A stretch of 64,000 nucleotides of DNA. Origin: Gemmatimonadales bacterium. Its GTDB lineage: Bacteria; Gemmatimonadota; Gemmatimonadetes; Gemmatimonadales; GWC2-71-9. The DNA is taken from the NCBI GenBank assembly GCA_041390145.1, contig JAWKQM010000006.1, forward strand, positions 103,585-167,584, read 5' to 3'. This document shows positions 1 through 10,174 of the stretch, one piece after another (the first letter of the stretch is position 1; each line of letters begins with the position of its first letter). The notes beneath the pieces were generated by a model that saw nothing but the letters and a program-made list of their open reading frames with translations, did no database searches and was not told the origin of the DNA. The position numbers were made by a program, and so were the translations under genes.

Positions 1-927
1 GTGCCGCTGACCATTCTCGAGGCGCCCGATGACACCGAGGCGCTGGTCATCGAGGCGGGGGCGAGCGTGCCGGGGGAGGTGCCAAGGTATCGTCAGATCA
101 TCGAGCCCACGGTGGCCGTGGTCACCAACGTGGCCGCCGAGCACCTCGAGGGCTTCGGGTCGCTGGAGGTCGTCCTCGCCGAGGAAGTCGCGATGGTCGA
201 CGGGGCGCCGCTGGCTGTCGTCGGCACGGAGCCGCCCGAGTTGGCTACGCGCGCGCGCGCCCTGGCCCGGCGGGTGGTGACGGCCGGGCTGGGAGGCGCC
301 GAGTTGCGCCCGGAATCGGTGTCGCTCGACTCGGCTGGCCGGGCCACCGTCGTCACCGACCGGGCGCGGTTTACCCTGCCCCTGCCTGGCCGTCACCTCG
401 CGGCCAACGCGATGCTCGCCTGGGCCGTCGCGATTCACCTTGGGCTCGATCCGCTCGCGGTGGCGAGGGCGCTGGAACGGGTGGAGGTTCCGGGCGGCCG
501 GGGGCAGGTCATGGCGTTCGGCAAGCTGACCATCCTCAACGACTGTTACAACGCCAACCCGCTGTCGTTCCGGGCGGCGATCGCCACGGCCCAGGCGATG
601 CGCGCCGGGCGTCGGCTGGTCTTCGTGGCGGGCACCATGCGCGAACTGGGAAGCGAGGCGTCGTCGTGGCACGAGGCGGTGGCCCGCGACCTGGTCGCCC
701 TCAAACCGGAGCTGCTGGCGGCGGTTGGCGACTTCGTCCCGGCGCTGGAGCCCTTCCGCGGGGAGCTTGGCGACCGCCTCGTGGTAGCCGACGACGTGGC
801 CGCGCTCGGCCACCAGCTGGCCCCGCTTCTCGAGGGCACAGAGCTCGTGGTGCTCAAGGCGTCCCGCGGTGTGGCACTTGAGCGTATTATTCCCCTGCTC
901 ACCCCGCGAGCAGCCCACGGATCCTGA
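1..927 (+). CDS. murF: UDP-N-acetylmuramoyl-tripeptide--D-alanyl-D-alanine ligase, C-terminal part (5' end outside window)
   Basis: Open from base 1. Has Mur-ligase central/C-terminal motifs (LNDCYNANP, LVFVAGTMRELG). Lies directly upstream of mraY, as in dcw clusters. Confidence 0.9.
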   Translation: MPLTILEAPDDTEALVIEAGASVPGEVPRYRQIIEPTVAVVTNVAAEHLEGFGSLEVVLAEEVAMVDGAPLAVVGTEPPELATRARALARRVVTAGLGGAELRPESVSLDSAGRATVVTDRARFTLPLPGRHLAANAMLAWAVAIHLGLDPLAVARALERVEVPGGRGQVMAFGKLTILNDCYNANPLSFRAAIATAQAMRAGRRLVFVAGTMRELGSEASSWHEAVARDLVALKPELLAAVGDFVPALEPFRGELGDRLVVADDVAALGHQLAPLLEGTELVVLKASRGVALERIIPLLTPRAAHGS

Positions 928-933
928 GGCGCG

Positions 934-2061
934 ATGTTCTACTTCTGGCTGGCCCCGCTCGGCAAGCAGTTCATCCTGTTCAACCTGTTCAACTACATCG
1001 CCTTTCGCGCCGCCGGCGCCGGGGTGACGGCGCTGGTGCTGTCGTTCATTGTGGGTCCCGCCGTGATCCGGCGGCTCCGGGCCCACAAGATCGGTCAGAT
1101 CATCCGGGCCGAGGGCCCGGCGAGCCACCAGGGCAAGCGGGGCACGCCCACCATGGGCGGACTGGTCATCATCTTCGCCACCATTCTGCCGACCCTGCTC
1201 TGGGCGCGGGTCGACAACCGGATGGTTGTGGTGGCGATGCTCGCGACGCTGTGGATGGGCGCCATCGGGTTCCTGGACGACTACCTGAAGATCGTGCAGG
1301 GGAAGTCGCGCGGGCTCGTGGCCAAATGGAAGCTGGCCGGACAGTGCACGTTCGGCCTCGTGCTCGGGCTCTATCTGCTGTTCTTTCCCGTCGTCCCCGT
1401 GACCATCATCCCCGCCACCGCCACCACGGTGCCGTTCTTCAAGTACCTCGTGATCAACTTCGCGCCGCTGCTCTTCGTCGGATTCGTGGTGTTTGTCATT
1501 ACGGCCTGGAGCAACGCCGTCAACCTGACCGACGGCCTCGACGGGCTGGCCACCGGGTTGACCGCCATTGCCGCGGCGACGTTCGCGGCGTTCGCCTATC
1601 TCTTCGGCCGGGTGGACTTCACCTCCTACCTCAACCTGATCTACCTGCCGGGCGCCGGGGAACTCGCCGTATTCTGCGCCGCCCTGATGGGCGCGGCGCT
1701 CGGGTTTCTCTGGTTCAACGCGCATCCCGCCGAAGTCTTCATGGGTGACACCGGCAGCCTCGCCATCGGCGGCGCGTTCGGAACGGTGGCGATCCTCCTG
1801 AAGGCGGAATTTCTCCTGGTGCTGATTGGCGGGGTGTTCGTGGCCGAGGCGGTGTCGGTGACGCTGCAGACGTCCGTGTACAAGTGGTTCAAGCGGACGC
1901 GCGGGCGGGAGTACGCCGATGCGCACAAGGTCTTCCGGATGGCGCCGCTGCACCATCACTTCGAGAAGCACAGCTGGGGCGAAACCACGGTGGTCATCCG
2001 GTTCTGGATCCTGGGCATCCTCTGTGCGCTGGTGGCGCTGGCCACGCTGAAGGTGCGCTGA
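934..2061 (+). CDS. mraY: phospho-N-acetylmuramoyl-pentapeptide transferase
   Basis: 375 aa polytopic membrane protein with MraY signatures (NAVNLTDGLDGLA, GDTGSLAIGG, APLHHHFE). dcw context. Confidence 0.97.
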   Translation: MFYFWLAPLGKQFILFNLFNYIAFRAAGAGVTALVLSFIVGPAVIRRLRAHKIGQIIRAEGPASHQGKRGTPTMGGLVIIFATILPTLLWARVDNRMVVVAMLATLWMGAIGFLDDYLKIVQGKSRGLVAKWKLAGQCTFGLVLGLYLLFFPVVPVTIIPATATTVPFFKYLVINFAPLLFVGFVVFVITAWSNAVNLTDGLDGLATGLTAIAAATFAAFAYLFGRVDFTSYLNLIYLPGAGELAVFCAALMGAALGFLWFNAHPAEVFMGDTGSLAIGGAFGTVAILLKAEFLLVLIGGVFVAEAVSVTLQTSVYKWFKRTRGREYADAHKVFRMAPLHHHFEKHSWGETTVVIRFWILGILCALVALATLKVR

Positions 2062-3410
2062 TGTTCCCGGAGTGGCGCGGCCCCGGGCGCGAAGTGGCCG
2101 TGATCGGGCTCGGCAAGAGTGGCGGTGCCGCGGCCAGGCTCCTGCGGCATCATGGAATTGCGGTCTATGCGTCGGACGGGGGGAGCGGGCCAACCCTCGA
2201 CAGTCAGGCGGCCGTCCTCCGCGCGGCAGGGGTGGAGGTGGAACTCGGCGGCCACGATCTTGAACGGATCGGCCGCGCGGTGGCCGCTGTCGTCTCGCCG
2301 GGAGTGCCGCCGGACGCGGCGGCGTTGCGCGTGGCGAGGGAGGCCGGGGTGCCGGTGCTTGCCGAGTCGGAGCTGGGGCTCCGGTGCCTCGCGTCATCGC
2401 GGACCCTGGCGATCACCGGCACCAACGGGAAGACGACCACCACCGCCCTCACGGCGCACCTCCTTGTGACGGCCGGCCTCCGGGCGGTGGCGGCAGGCAA
2501 CATCGGGCAGCCGCTGTCGGCGGTGGCACTTGAGCCCGAACCGCCGGAGTGGATCGCCGCCGAGCTCTCCTCCTTCCAGCTCCACGGCATGCCGAGCCTG
2601 GCGCCGACGGCCGGCGTGCTGACCAACCTCTCTCCCGATCACCTCGACCGCTATCCGACGCTGCAGGACTACTACGCCGACAAGGCGCTGCTCTTCCGGA
2701 ACGCCACGCCCGGCTCGACCTGGATCACGAATGCTGATGATGCGGAGGTGGAGCGGATGGTCGAGGGCGTGCCGGGCCGGCACCAGCAGTTCTCGGTCCG
2801 GCGGCCTGCCGACGCCTGGTACGACCGTGAGGCGGGGCAGCTGATGCTGGCCGGCGTCGCGGTCCTGCCACGGAGCGAGCTGATGCTCCTCGGCGATCAC
2901 AACGTGGCGAACGCGCTGGCGGCCTCGCTGGCGGTCCGGATGGCCGGGGTGCGCCTGGAAGCCGTGGCGGAAGGGCTCCGCTCGTTTCGTGCGCTTCCGC
3001 ACCGGCTGGAGCCGGTCCGCGAGGTCGGCGGCGTGCTCTGGATCAACGACAGCAAGGCGACAAACATTGCGTCGACGGAGGTGGCGCTCAACGCGCTCGA
3101 CCGCCCCTACGTGCTGCTGCTCGGCGGGCGCCACAAGGGCGAGTCCTATCAGCGGCTGGCGCCGGTGCTTGCCCCGCGATGCCGCGCCATCGTGGCCTAC
3201 GGCGAGGCTGCACCGCTGGTGGACGGGGATCTCGGCGGGTCGGTGAAGGTGGTTCGTGCGGGGACGTTTGCCGAGGTGCTGGCCACGGCACGCGGCCTCG
3301 CCGAGCCGGGCGACGCGATCCTGCTCTCGCCGGCCTGCTCCAGCTACGACATGTTCCGCAACTATGAAGAGCGCGGCGCCGAGTTCCGGGCGGGGGTGGA
3401 GTCGCTGTGA
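2061..3410 (+). CDS. murD: UDP-N-acetylmuramoylalanine--D-glutamate ligase
   Basis: The ORF-track entry 1884..3410 is trimmed to the ATG at 2061, which overlaps the mraY TGA by 1 nt. Motifs: VIGLGKSG Rossmann N-terminus, ITGTNGKTTT P-loop, NDSKATN. Confidence 0.95.
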   Translation: MFPEWRGPGREVAVIGLGKSGGAAARLLRHHGIAVYASDGGSGPTLDSQAAVLRAAGVEVELGGHDLERIGRAVAAVVSPGVPPDAAALRVAREAGVPVLAESELGLRCLASSRTLAITGTNGKTTTTALTAHLLVTAGLRAVAAGNIGQPLSAVALEPEPPEWIAAELSSFQLHGMPSLAPTAGVLTNLSPDHLDRYPTLQDYYADKALLFRNATPGSTWITNADDAEVERMVEGVPGRHQQFSVRRPADAWYDREAGQLMLAGVAVLPRSELMLLGDHNVANALAASLAVRMAGVRLEAVAEGLRSFRALPHRLEPVREVGGVLWINDSKATNIASTEVALNALDRPYVLLLGGRHKGESYQRLAPVLAPRCRAIVAYGEAAPLVDGDLGGSVKVVRAGTFAEVLATARGLAEPGDAILLSPACSSYDMFRNYEERGAEFRAGVESL

Positions 3411-4549
3411 GCGCCCCGGCCGCGCGGCACCCCGGTGAGCTGCGGTGGGAGACCCGCCTCCTGGCGGTGGTCACCGCGACGCTGGTGGTGTTCGGTATCG
3501 CCAACGCCTATGGCGCGCTCAGCCTGCAGACGGCGGGCGGCACCGGTGCGGGCTTTGCGATCCGCCAGCTGGTGGGTGCGATGCTGGGCCTGCTGGGGCT
3601 GAGCGTGGTTTCCCGGATCGATTACCATCTCTGGCGCCGGTTCGCCTGGCCGTTCTTCTTCGCCACGATCGTGGTGCTGCTGATTGTCCTCCTGCCGGGG
3701 ACCGAGCGGATTGCCCCCAGGATCAACGGCGCGCGCCGCTGGGTCGATATCGGCCCTCTGAACTTCCAGCCGTCCGAGATTGCCCGCCTTGCCATCATCG
3801 TCTGGTGCGCCGCGCTCGCGGCCAAGAAGGGCGTGCAGGTGCGGGACTTCAAGAAGGGCGTGCTCCCGTTCCTGGTCGGGATCGGAGCGATCGCGCTCCT
3901 CATTTTTCTCCAGCCAAACCTGACCATGGCAACGCTGGTGACCCTGCTCGGCCTGATTGTCCTCTTCTCGGCAGGCGCCAGAATCGGGCACTTCATCCTG
4001 CTCGGGTTCGGCGTGCTGCTGCTCCTCTTCGACAAGATCCAGTCTGCCCAGTATCGGATGGCGCGCTGGACCACCTTCCTCAACCCCGGCGACGCGAAGG
4101 ATGCGGGGATGCAGATTCACCAGTCCCTCGTCGGCATCGGTTCGGGGCGACTGCTTGGGGTCGGGTTCGGGGAAGGCCAACAGAAGCTCTTCCTGCCGTA
4201 CGCCTACTCGGACTTCATGTTCAGCACGATCGGGGAGGAGTGGGGGTTTCTGGGCGTCGTGCTGGTAGTGGTCCTCTTCGGCCTCTTCCTCTGGCTCGGC
4301 TTTCGAATCGCGCGAAGCGCGCCCGATCCCTTCGGGCAGTTCCTCGCGGTCGGCATCACTGCGATGATTGGCATCACGGCGGTGATGCACATGGCGGTCT
4401 CCCTGGCCCTGATGCCGACGACCGGGCTGACCCTTCCCTTCATGTCGTACGGCCGGTCCAGCCTGGTCATCTCACTGGTGAGCACCGGTATCCTGATCAA
4501 CATCGGGCGCATGCGGGGACGACCCGCACCCAAGCCGGTCGCCGAATGA
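3407..4549 (+). CDS. ftsW: FtsW/RodA/SpoVE-family peptidoglycan glycosyltransferase (division-associated)
   Basis: 380 aa SEDS-type membrane protein (QPSEIARLA, YAYSDFMFSTIGEEWGF). GTGA overlap with murD. Sits between murD and murG. Confidence 0.93.
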   Translation: MSAPAARHPGELRWETRLLAVVTATLVVFGIANAYGALSLQTAGGTGAGFAIRQLVGAMLGLLGLSVVSRIDYHLWRRFAWPFFFATIVVLLIVLLPGTERIAPRINGARRWVDIGPLNFQPSEIARLAIIVWCAALAAKKGVQVRDFKKGVLPFLVGIGAIALLIFLQPNLTMATLVTLLGLIVLFSAGARIGHFILLGFGVLLLLFDKIQSAQYRMARWTTFLNPGDAKDAGMQIHQSLVGIGSGRLLGVGFGEGQQKLFLPYAYSDFMFSTIGEEWGFLGVVLVVVLFGLFLWLGFRIARSAPDPFGQFLAVGITAMIGITAVMHMAVSLALMPTTGLTLPFMSYGRSSLVISLVSTGILINIGRMRGRPAPKPVAE

Positions 4550-5634
4550 GCACGGTCCTGATTGCCGGCGGCGGAACGGGCGGACACCTGATGCCGGCCC
4601 TCGCGATCGCCGCCGAACTCCGTCGACAGCGGCCCGATCTGGAACCGGTGCTCGTGGGGGCGGAGCGCGGCATCGAGCGTACCCTGCTGCCGACCCGGGA
4701 TTTCCGGTACGCGCTGCTCCCGGCGGAGCCGCTCTACCGGCGGCAGTGGTGGAAGAACTGGCGCTGGCCGTTCCTGGCGGGGCGGCTCCTCCGCGCCGTC
4801 GGCCGGCTTCTCGACAAGGAGCGTCCGCTCGCGGTGCTGGGCACCGGTGGATACGCCTCGGCGCCGGTGGTCTACCTGGCGGCCCGGCGCGGCATCCCGA
4901 CGGCCATCCAGGAGCAGAACGCGGTCCCCGGCCTCGCCACGAAGCTGGTGAGTCGCCGCGCCCGCCACGTATACCTTGGGGCCCCTGAAGCGGCGCGCCA
5001 GTTGGCAAAAGGGAACGCCACCCGGGTCTTCGAGACCGGCAACCCGATCAACCCACCCGATCGTTCACGTAGCGAAGCCGCTCGAGCCCGTTTCGGACTC
5101 ACGGCCGACCGCCCGGTCGTGCTGGTCACCGGGGGAAGCCAGGGAGCGGTCGCCATCAACGAAGCCACGGCGGGTTGGGTCTCGTCCGGGGGAGCTGCCG
5201 GAGTCCAGTTGCTCTGGGCCACGGGAAAGGGCTCGCACGCCCGGTTTGCCGCCGCGCATCGGCCGCCCGGAGTCCAGGTGTTCGACTTTCTCGACCCGAT
5301 TGCCGATGCGTTCGCCGTGGCGGACCTGGTGGTTGGGAGGGCCGGGATGATGACCTGCGCTGAGATCTGTGCCTGGGGTCTGCCGAGTATCCTCATCCCG
5401 CTTCCGACGGCGGCGGCTGACCACCAGACGGGCAACGCGCGGGCGCTGGAGGCATCCGGGGCCGCCATCGTCCTCCTCCAGCGCGACCTGACGCCTGAGT
5501 CGCTGGGGGAGGCTGTTTCGGGGCTCATCGGGAACCCGACCCGGATGACCACCATGGCGGGTGCCGCCCAGGCCCGGGGCCGTCCCACAGCCGCCAGCGA
5601 CATCGTGTCGCATCTTTTGACGCTTCTGGAGTAG
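4546..5634 (+). CDS. murG: UDP-N-acetylglucosamine--N-acetylmuramyl-(pentapeptide) pyrophosphoryl-undecaprenol GlcNAc transferase
   Basis: The long ORF 3445..5634 is trimmed to the ATG at 4546 (ATGA overlap with ftsW). N-terminus is MSTVLIAGGGTGGHLMPALA; C-terminal motif is HQTGNA. Confidence 0.95.
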   Translation: MSTVLIAGGGTGGHLMPALAIAAELRRQRPDLEPVLVGAERGIERTLLPTRDFRYALLPAEPLYRRQWWKNWRWPFLAGRLLRAVGRLLDKERPLAVLGTGGYASAPVVYLAARRGIPTAIQEQNAVPGLATKLVSRRARHVYLGAPEAARQLAKGNATRVFETGNPINPPDRSRSEAARARFGLTADRPVVLVTGGSQGAVAINEATAGWVSSGGAAGVQLLWATGKGSHARFAAAHRPPGVQVFDFLDPIADAFAVADLVVGRAGMMTCAEICAWGLPSILIPLPTAAADHQTGNARALEASGAAIVLLQRDLTPESLGEAVSGLIGNPTRMTTMAGAAQARGRPTAASDIVSHLLTLLE

Positions 5635-5643
5635 CCTCGCTCT

Positions 5644-5671
5644 TTCGCAACTCTCGATAAGATTTTACATT
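5644..5671 (+). promoter_or_regulatory. candidate sigma70-like promoter (TTCGCA-16 nt-TACATT) in the AT-rich murG|murC spacer
   Basis: Hexamers read by eye, 4/6 matches each. They sit in a 49-nt spacer of about 40% GC, and the murC ATG has no Shine-Dalgarno sequence upstream. Confidence 0.25.
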
Positions 5672-5683
5672 AGCTCAATTCCA

Positions 5684-7057
5684 ATGGACTTATTCAACCC
5701 CTCGGATCCGCGGCCTGTGCACTTCGTCGGCATCGGCGGGGCGGGGATGAGCGCCCTGGCGTTGATCACGCGTCGGCGGGGGGTGCCTGTGACCGGTTGC
5801 GACCCGGCTCCGGAAGGCGCTGCCGATGTGGCGGCTCTGGGAGCCAAAATCGCCGACCGACACGATCCTGCCCACGTCGAGGGGGCCCGCGCGGTGGTGT
5901 ACACCGCGGCGGTCCCTCAGGACCACCCGGAGCTGGTGCGGGCCCGTGAACTCGGGATTCCGGTTGTGCCGCGCAAGGAAGCGCTCGCCGGTCTGGTCGC
6001 AGGTGGCACTGTCGTCGGGATTGCGGGGACGCACGGCAAGACGACCACCACGGTGATGACGACCGAGGCACTGGCGGCGGCCGGCCTGGCCCCGACGGGA
6101 CTGGCAGGCGGACGGGTCGGCCAATGGGGTGGAAACGCCCGGCTCGATGGTAGCTCGCTCTTTGTGGTCGAGGCCGACGAGTACGACAAGGCCTTTCTCG
6201 CCCTCCACCCGACGGTGGCGGTCGTAAACAACGTCGAGGCCGACCACCTCGAGTGCTACGGGTCCTTCGACGCGCTCGAGGAGGCGTTCGCCACATTCGC
6301 GGCGCGGGCTCGCGTGCGGCTGATCGGCGTCGACGATGCAGGCGCGGCCCGTCTGGCGGCACGGCTCGGGCCGGGGATTCTGAGGTTCGGGGTGGCGGCC
6401 GACGCCGAATGTCGCATCTCCGACGTCCGGCAGGAATCATTGCTGACCGTGGCTTCGGTGACGCTGCCGGGGCGGAAGGCCGTGACGCTCCGGTTGCGTG
6501 TGCCGGGGCTCCACAACCTCCGGAACGCCACGGCGGCCCTCGGGGTTGTCCATGCGCTCGACGGGCCACTGGAGCCGGCGCTCGAGGCCCTCGCGGAGTT
6601 TCCCGGTGTGGGGCGGCGGTTCGAGCGGCTCGGCGATGCGGGCGGCGTGACGCTGGTGGACGACTATGCGCACCACCCGACGGAACTGGCCGCCACGCTT
6701 GAGGCTGCGCGCCAGGCGTTTCCAGGTCGACGACTGGTGGCGGTGTTCCAGCCCCACCTCTACAGCCGGACCCAGGCGCACAGCACCGCGATGGGGCAGG
6801 CGCTTGCCGGGGCCGACCTGGCGGTGGTTACCGAGATTTATGCCGCGCGGGAGCAGCCAGTGCCCGGCGTGAGCGGTGTGCTGGTGGCCGAGGCGGCCCG
6901 GGCTGCAGGCGCAAACGTGCATTTTGCGCCTGACCGGGGGGAGGTCGGCCGGTTGGTGCTGGGACTCCTGGCGCCGGGCGATGTGCTCCTGACCCTCGGG
7001 GCGGGCGACATCACCAGGCTCGGGCCCGAGCTGGCAGCCGGGCTGCGGGCCGGATGA
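5684..7057 (+). CDS. murC: UDP-N-acetylmuramate--L-alanine ligase
   Basis: 457 aa. Motifs: VHFVGIGGAGMSALA N-terminus, GTHGKTTTT P-loop, DDYAHHP. Confidence 0.95.
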   Translation: MDLFNPSDPRPVHFVGIGGAGMSALALITRRRGVPVTGCDPAPEGAADVAALGAKIADRHDPAHVEGARAVVYTAAVPQDHPELVRARELGIPVVPRKEALAGLVAGGTVVGIAGTHGKTTTTVMTTEALAAAGLAPTGLAGGRVGQWGGNARLDGSSLFVVEADEYDKAFLALHPTVAVVNNVEADHLECYGSFDALEEAFATFAARARVRLIGVDDAGAARLAARLGPGILRFGVAADAECRISDVRQESLLTVASVTLPGRKAVTLRLRVPGLHNLRNATAALGVVHALDGPLEPALEALAEFPGVGRRFERLGDAGGVTLVDDYAHHPTELAATLEAARQAFPGRRLVAVFQPHLYSRTQAHSTAMGQALAGADLAVVTEIYAAREQPVPGVSGVLVAEAARAAGANVHFAPDRGEVGRLVLGLLAPGDVLLTLGAGDITRLGPELAAGLRAG

Positions 7058-7746
7058 GGCGCTGGCTTCGACCGGTGCTCCTGGCCGTCGCTGGTGTCGC
7101 GGCCGGCGGGCTCCTCTGGTTTGGCGGCCCGCTCCTCCTGAGGAAGGTCAACTTCTTTCAGGTGCGGAGGGTCGAGCTGGTCGGGGTGAGCGCGGTCAAC
7201 CCACCGGATCTCGTCGCGGCGCTGAAGATTCCGACCCGGGGCAATCTTTTCGACGATCTCCGCCCGTACCAGCAGCGGGCGCTGGCCTTTCCGGGGATCC
7301 GGAGTGCGCAGGTGCATCGGCGCCTCCCGGGGACGCTCGTGGTAGAGGTCACGGAGGCGCGAGCGGTCGCGCTGGCGCCAAAGGACGGGCGCCTCGCCAT
7401 GATCGGGCGGAACGGGAAGTTCCTGCCGTTCGACCCGGCGGTGTCGGCGCCGGACCTCCCGGTGGTCGACCAGCCCGGCGTGGCGGTTGCCCGGGTGCTC
7501 GGGCGCCTGCAGGAACTCGATCCTGAGTTATTTTCGAGGGTGGTCACGGCCTCGCAGGTGAATGGGGACGTGCTGGTGGACTTGGGCGGACACCGACTGT
7601 GGTTCCGCCCTGACGTGACAGCGGAGGTTATTCGCGCGGTGATGGCAGCAGAACAGGTACTCGGCCAGCAGGGCCGCGCGTGGGTGGAACTGGACGGCCG
7701 ATTTGCCGGACAGGTGGTCGTGCGGGGACGGGGACGTCCGGCATGA
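7054..7746 (+). CDS. ftsQ: cell division protein FtsQ (POTRA domain)
   Basis: 230 aa with a single N-terminal TM segment followed by a POTRA-like region. ATGA overlap with murC. Lies directly upstream of ftsA. Confidence 0.8.
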   Translation: MRRWLRPVLLAVAGVAAGGLLWFGGPLLLRKVNFFQVRRVELVGVSAVNPPDLVAALKIPTRGNLFDDLRPYQQRALAFPGIRSAQVHRRLPGTLVVEVTEARAVALAPKDGRLAMIGRNGKFLPFDPAVSAPDLPVVDQPGVAVARVLGRLQELDPELFSRVVTASQVNGDVLVDLGGHRLWFRPDVTAEVIRAVMAAEQVLGQQGRAWVELDGRFAGQVVVRGRGRPA

Positions 7747-8996
7747 CCGCCTCTCCGCAACGCCTGGTCGCCGCACTCGACCTTGGTTCCACTCGCACCG
7801 TCGCCATCGTCGCCGAAGCGACCGGCGACTCCCGGGAGCCGCTGGCCCGAATCCTCGGCGTCGGCATCGAGCGGTCTGCGGGGATGCGTCGGGGCGTCAT
7901 CCGGGATCTCGAAGAGACGACCCGCGCCATCACCAAGGCCATGGCGGACGCGCAGCGGATGGCTGGCGTCGAGGTCGGTACCGTGTACTGCGGCATCGCC
8001 GGCGAACATGTGGCCGGCCGGAGCTCCCACGGGATGGTGTCGGTCACGGGAGATGAGATCCGCACGGGCGACGTGGCGCGCGTCAATGACATGGCCAGCA
8101 ACGTCTCCTTCGGCCGCGACCACGAACTCCTGCACGCCATTCCGCAGGATTACATCATCGACCAGCAGCCGGGGATCAGCGAGCCCATCGGGATGAGCGG
8201 TTCGCGGCTCGAAGCCGAGGTGTACCTGGTCACGGTGCTCTCGAGCGTCTTGCAGAACCTGCGGCGTGCAGTGGAGCGGGCCGGCTTCCATGTGGGAGAG
8301 TTCGTGCTCGAACCGCTGGCCGCCTCGCTGGCCGTGCTCACGCCCGACGAACGGGAGCTGGGGTGCGCCATCGTGGAGCTCGGAGGCGGGTCCACCAACG
8401 TCTCGATCTTCCAGGGCGGCAAGATTCGCCATACCGCGTCGCTGCTCTGCGCCGGTGGGCATGTGACCGCCGACCTGGTGCACGGCCTGCAGGTGACCCA
8501 GCAGGACGCCGAGCGCATCAAGGAGCGGTTCGGCGCCGCCTACGAACCGCTGGTGCCGGAAGACGACGTCATCCAGCTGCCCAGCACGCCGGGTCAGGGG
8601 GCGCGGAGCGCGCACCGCCGGGTGCTTGCGCATATAATGCACATGCGGCTGCAGGAAGTGCTGGAATACGCCCTCGACGAGATCACCCGCGCCGGGTACC
8701 ACCAGCGCCTGCCGGCCGGCGTCATCCTGACCGGCGGCGGCGCGCAGGCCACCGGCATCGTGGAGCTGGGCCGCGAGGTGTTTGCCATGCCGGTGCGGGT
8801 CGGCATCCCGCGGCAGGGGCTCACCGGCCTGGCCGACAGCGTGGAATCGCCGCGGATGGTGGTGCCCGCCGGGTTGGCCCTCTATGGCGCACGGCAACTG
8901 GCGCTCGGCAGCGGCTTCGGCAGCGGCGGGCGTCGCGGCACCCAGGTTGAGAAGTACCTCGCCCCCGTCAAGCGTTGGCTGCAAGACTTCTTCTGA
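7743..8996 (+). CDS. ftsA: cell division protein FtsA
   Basis: ORF 7680..8996 is trimmed to the ATG at 7743 (ATGA overlap with ftsQ). Actin-like ATPase motifs: ALDLGSTRTVAIV, VELGGGSTNVSIF. C-terminal amphipathic tail: VKRWLQDFF. Confidence 0.93.
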   Translation: MTASPQRLVAALDLGSTRTVAIVAEATGDSREPLARILGVGIERSAGMRRGVIRDLEETTRAITKAMADAQRMAGVEVGTVYCGIAGEHVAGRSSHGMVSVTGDEIRTGDVARVNDMASNVSFGRDHELLHAIPQDYIIDQQPGISEPIGMSGSRLEAEVYLVTVLSSVLQNLRRAVERAGFHVGEFVLEPLAASLAVLTPDERELGCAIVELGGGSTNVSIFQGGKIRHTASLLCAGGHVTADLVHGLQVTQQDAERIKERFGAAYEPLVPEDDVIQLPSTPGQGARSAHRRVLAHIMHMRLQEVLEYALDEITRAGYHQRLPAGVILTGGGAQATGIVELGREVFAMPVRVGIPRQGLTGLADSVESPRMVVPAGLALYGARQLALGSGFGSGGRRGTQVEKYLAPVKRWLQDFF

Positions 8997-9019
8997 TCAG
9001 GTCCTGAGAGGACACACCC

Positions 9020-10174
9020 ATGATCTTCGAGCTCGAAGAAACGGTCACCCAAAGCGCCAAGATGAAGGTCGTCGGCGTCGGCGGCGGCGGTGGCAACGCG
9101 GTGAACCGGATGATCGAGGAGCGCCTGCTGGGCGTGGAGTTCATCTCGGTCAACACCGACGCCCAGGCGCTCACGGCCTCGCGGTCGGACATCAAGGTCC
9201 AGATCGGCAAGAAGCTGACCCGCGGCCTCGGCGCCGGCGCCCGGCCCGAAATTGGCCGGCAGGCGGTCGAGGAAAACCGGGACGAGATCATCGCCGCGGT
9301 GCAGGGCGCCGACCTGGTCTTCGTGACCTGCGGCATGGGCGGCGGTACGGGAACCGGAGCGGCGCCGATCGTGGCCCAGGTGGCGCGGGACATCGGCGCG
9401 CTGACCGTGGGCATCGTGACCAAGCCGTTCCTCTTCGAAGGCCGGAAGCGGATGCGGCAGGCCGAGATGGGCATCGCCGAGCTGCGCAACAACGTGGACA
9501 CGATGATCGTGGTTCCCAACGAGCGGCTCCTCGCGGTGGTCGGGAAAGGCATCCCCTTCCAGGATGCGCTCAAGAAGGCCGACGAGGTGCTGCTCCACGC
9601 CACGCAGGGGATCGCCGGGCTGATCACCTCGACCGGCATCATCAACGTCGACTTCGCCGATGTGCGGACGATCATGCAGAACGGTGGGGCGGCGCTGATG
9701 GGCACCGGGACCGGGCGGGGTGACAACCGCGCCATGGAAGCGGCCCAGCAGGCTATTTCGAGCCCCCTGCTCGACAACGTCTCGATCACCGGCGCCACCG
9801 GCGTACTGATCAACATCACCGGCGGCAACGACCTGACGCTCGGCGAGGCCAGCACCATCAACCAGATCATCCACGACGCCGCCGGCGACGATGCCGAAAT
9901 CATCTTTGGTGCGCACAACGATCCGGCCATGGAGGGCGAGGTCCGGGTGACGGTCATCGCCACCGGGTTTGACCGGACGATCACGCACGACGTCGGCGGC
10001 CGCTCGGCGCCCGGCATCCTGCCGTTCCCGACGCCGCGTCGGACGGCCACGCCTCCTCCGCTCAGCAATCAGACTCCTGCCCCGGCCAGTCGGCCGGAAC
10101 CGCGCCGGCCCGCCGCCCCGTCCGATGTGCCGGACATGGAAATCCCGACCTTTATCCGGCGGCAGATGGACTGA
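9020..10174 (+). CDS. ftsZ: cell division GTPase FtsZ
   Basis: Tubulin signature [10 protein letters not shown], plus NTDAQAL and the conserved C-terminal peptide [11 protein letters not shown]-like GAGAGGA lies upstream. Confidence 0.98.
   Translation: MIFELEETVTQSAKMKVVGVGGGGGNAVNRMIEERLLGVEFISVNTDAQALTASRSDIKVQIGKKLTRGLGAGARPEIGRQAVEENRDEIIAAVQGADLVFVTCGMGGGTGTGAAPIVAQVARDIGALTVGIVTKPFLFEGRKRMRQAEMGIAELRNNVDTMIVVPNERLLAVVGKGIPFQDALKKADEVLLHATQGIAGLITSTGIINVDFADVRTIMQNGGAALMGTGTGRGDNRAMEAAQQAISSPLLDNVSITGATGVLINITGGNDLTLGEASTINQIIHDAAGDDAEIIFGAHNDPAMEGEVRVTVIATGFDRTITHDVGGRSAPGILPFPTPRRTATPPPLSNQTPAPASRPEPRRPAAPSDVPDMEIPTFIRRQMD

Noticed and set aside
3445-5634. Over-long ORF-track entries suggesting fused or N-terminally extended proteins. 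Examples: 3445..5634, 1884..3410, 47624..49702, 48700..50493, 28450..30180, 30242..32224, 41206..42639 and 40391..41209.
   Set aside because: The upstream parts are out-of-frame read-through across the preceding gene with compositionally biased sequence. Each real protein begins at an internal ATG/GTG that overlaps the upstream stop (ATGA/GTGA).
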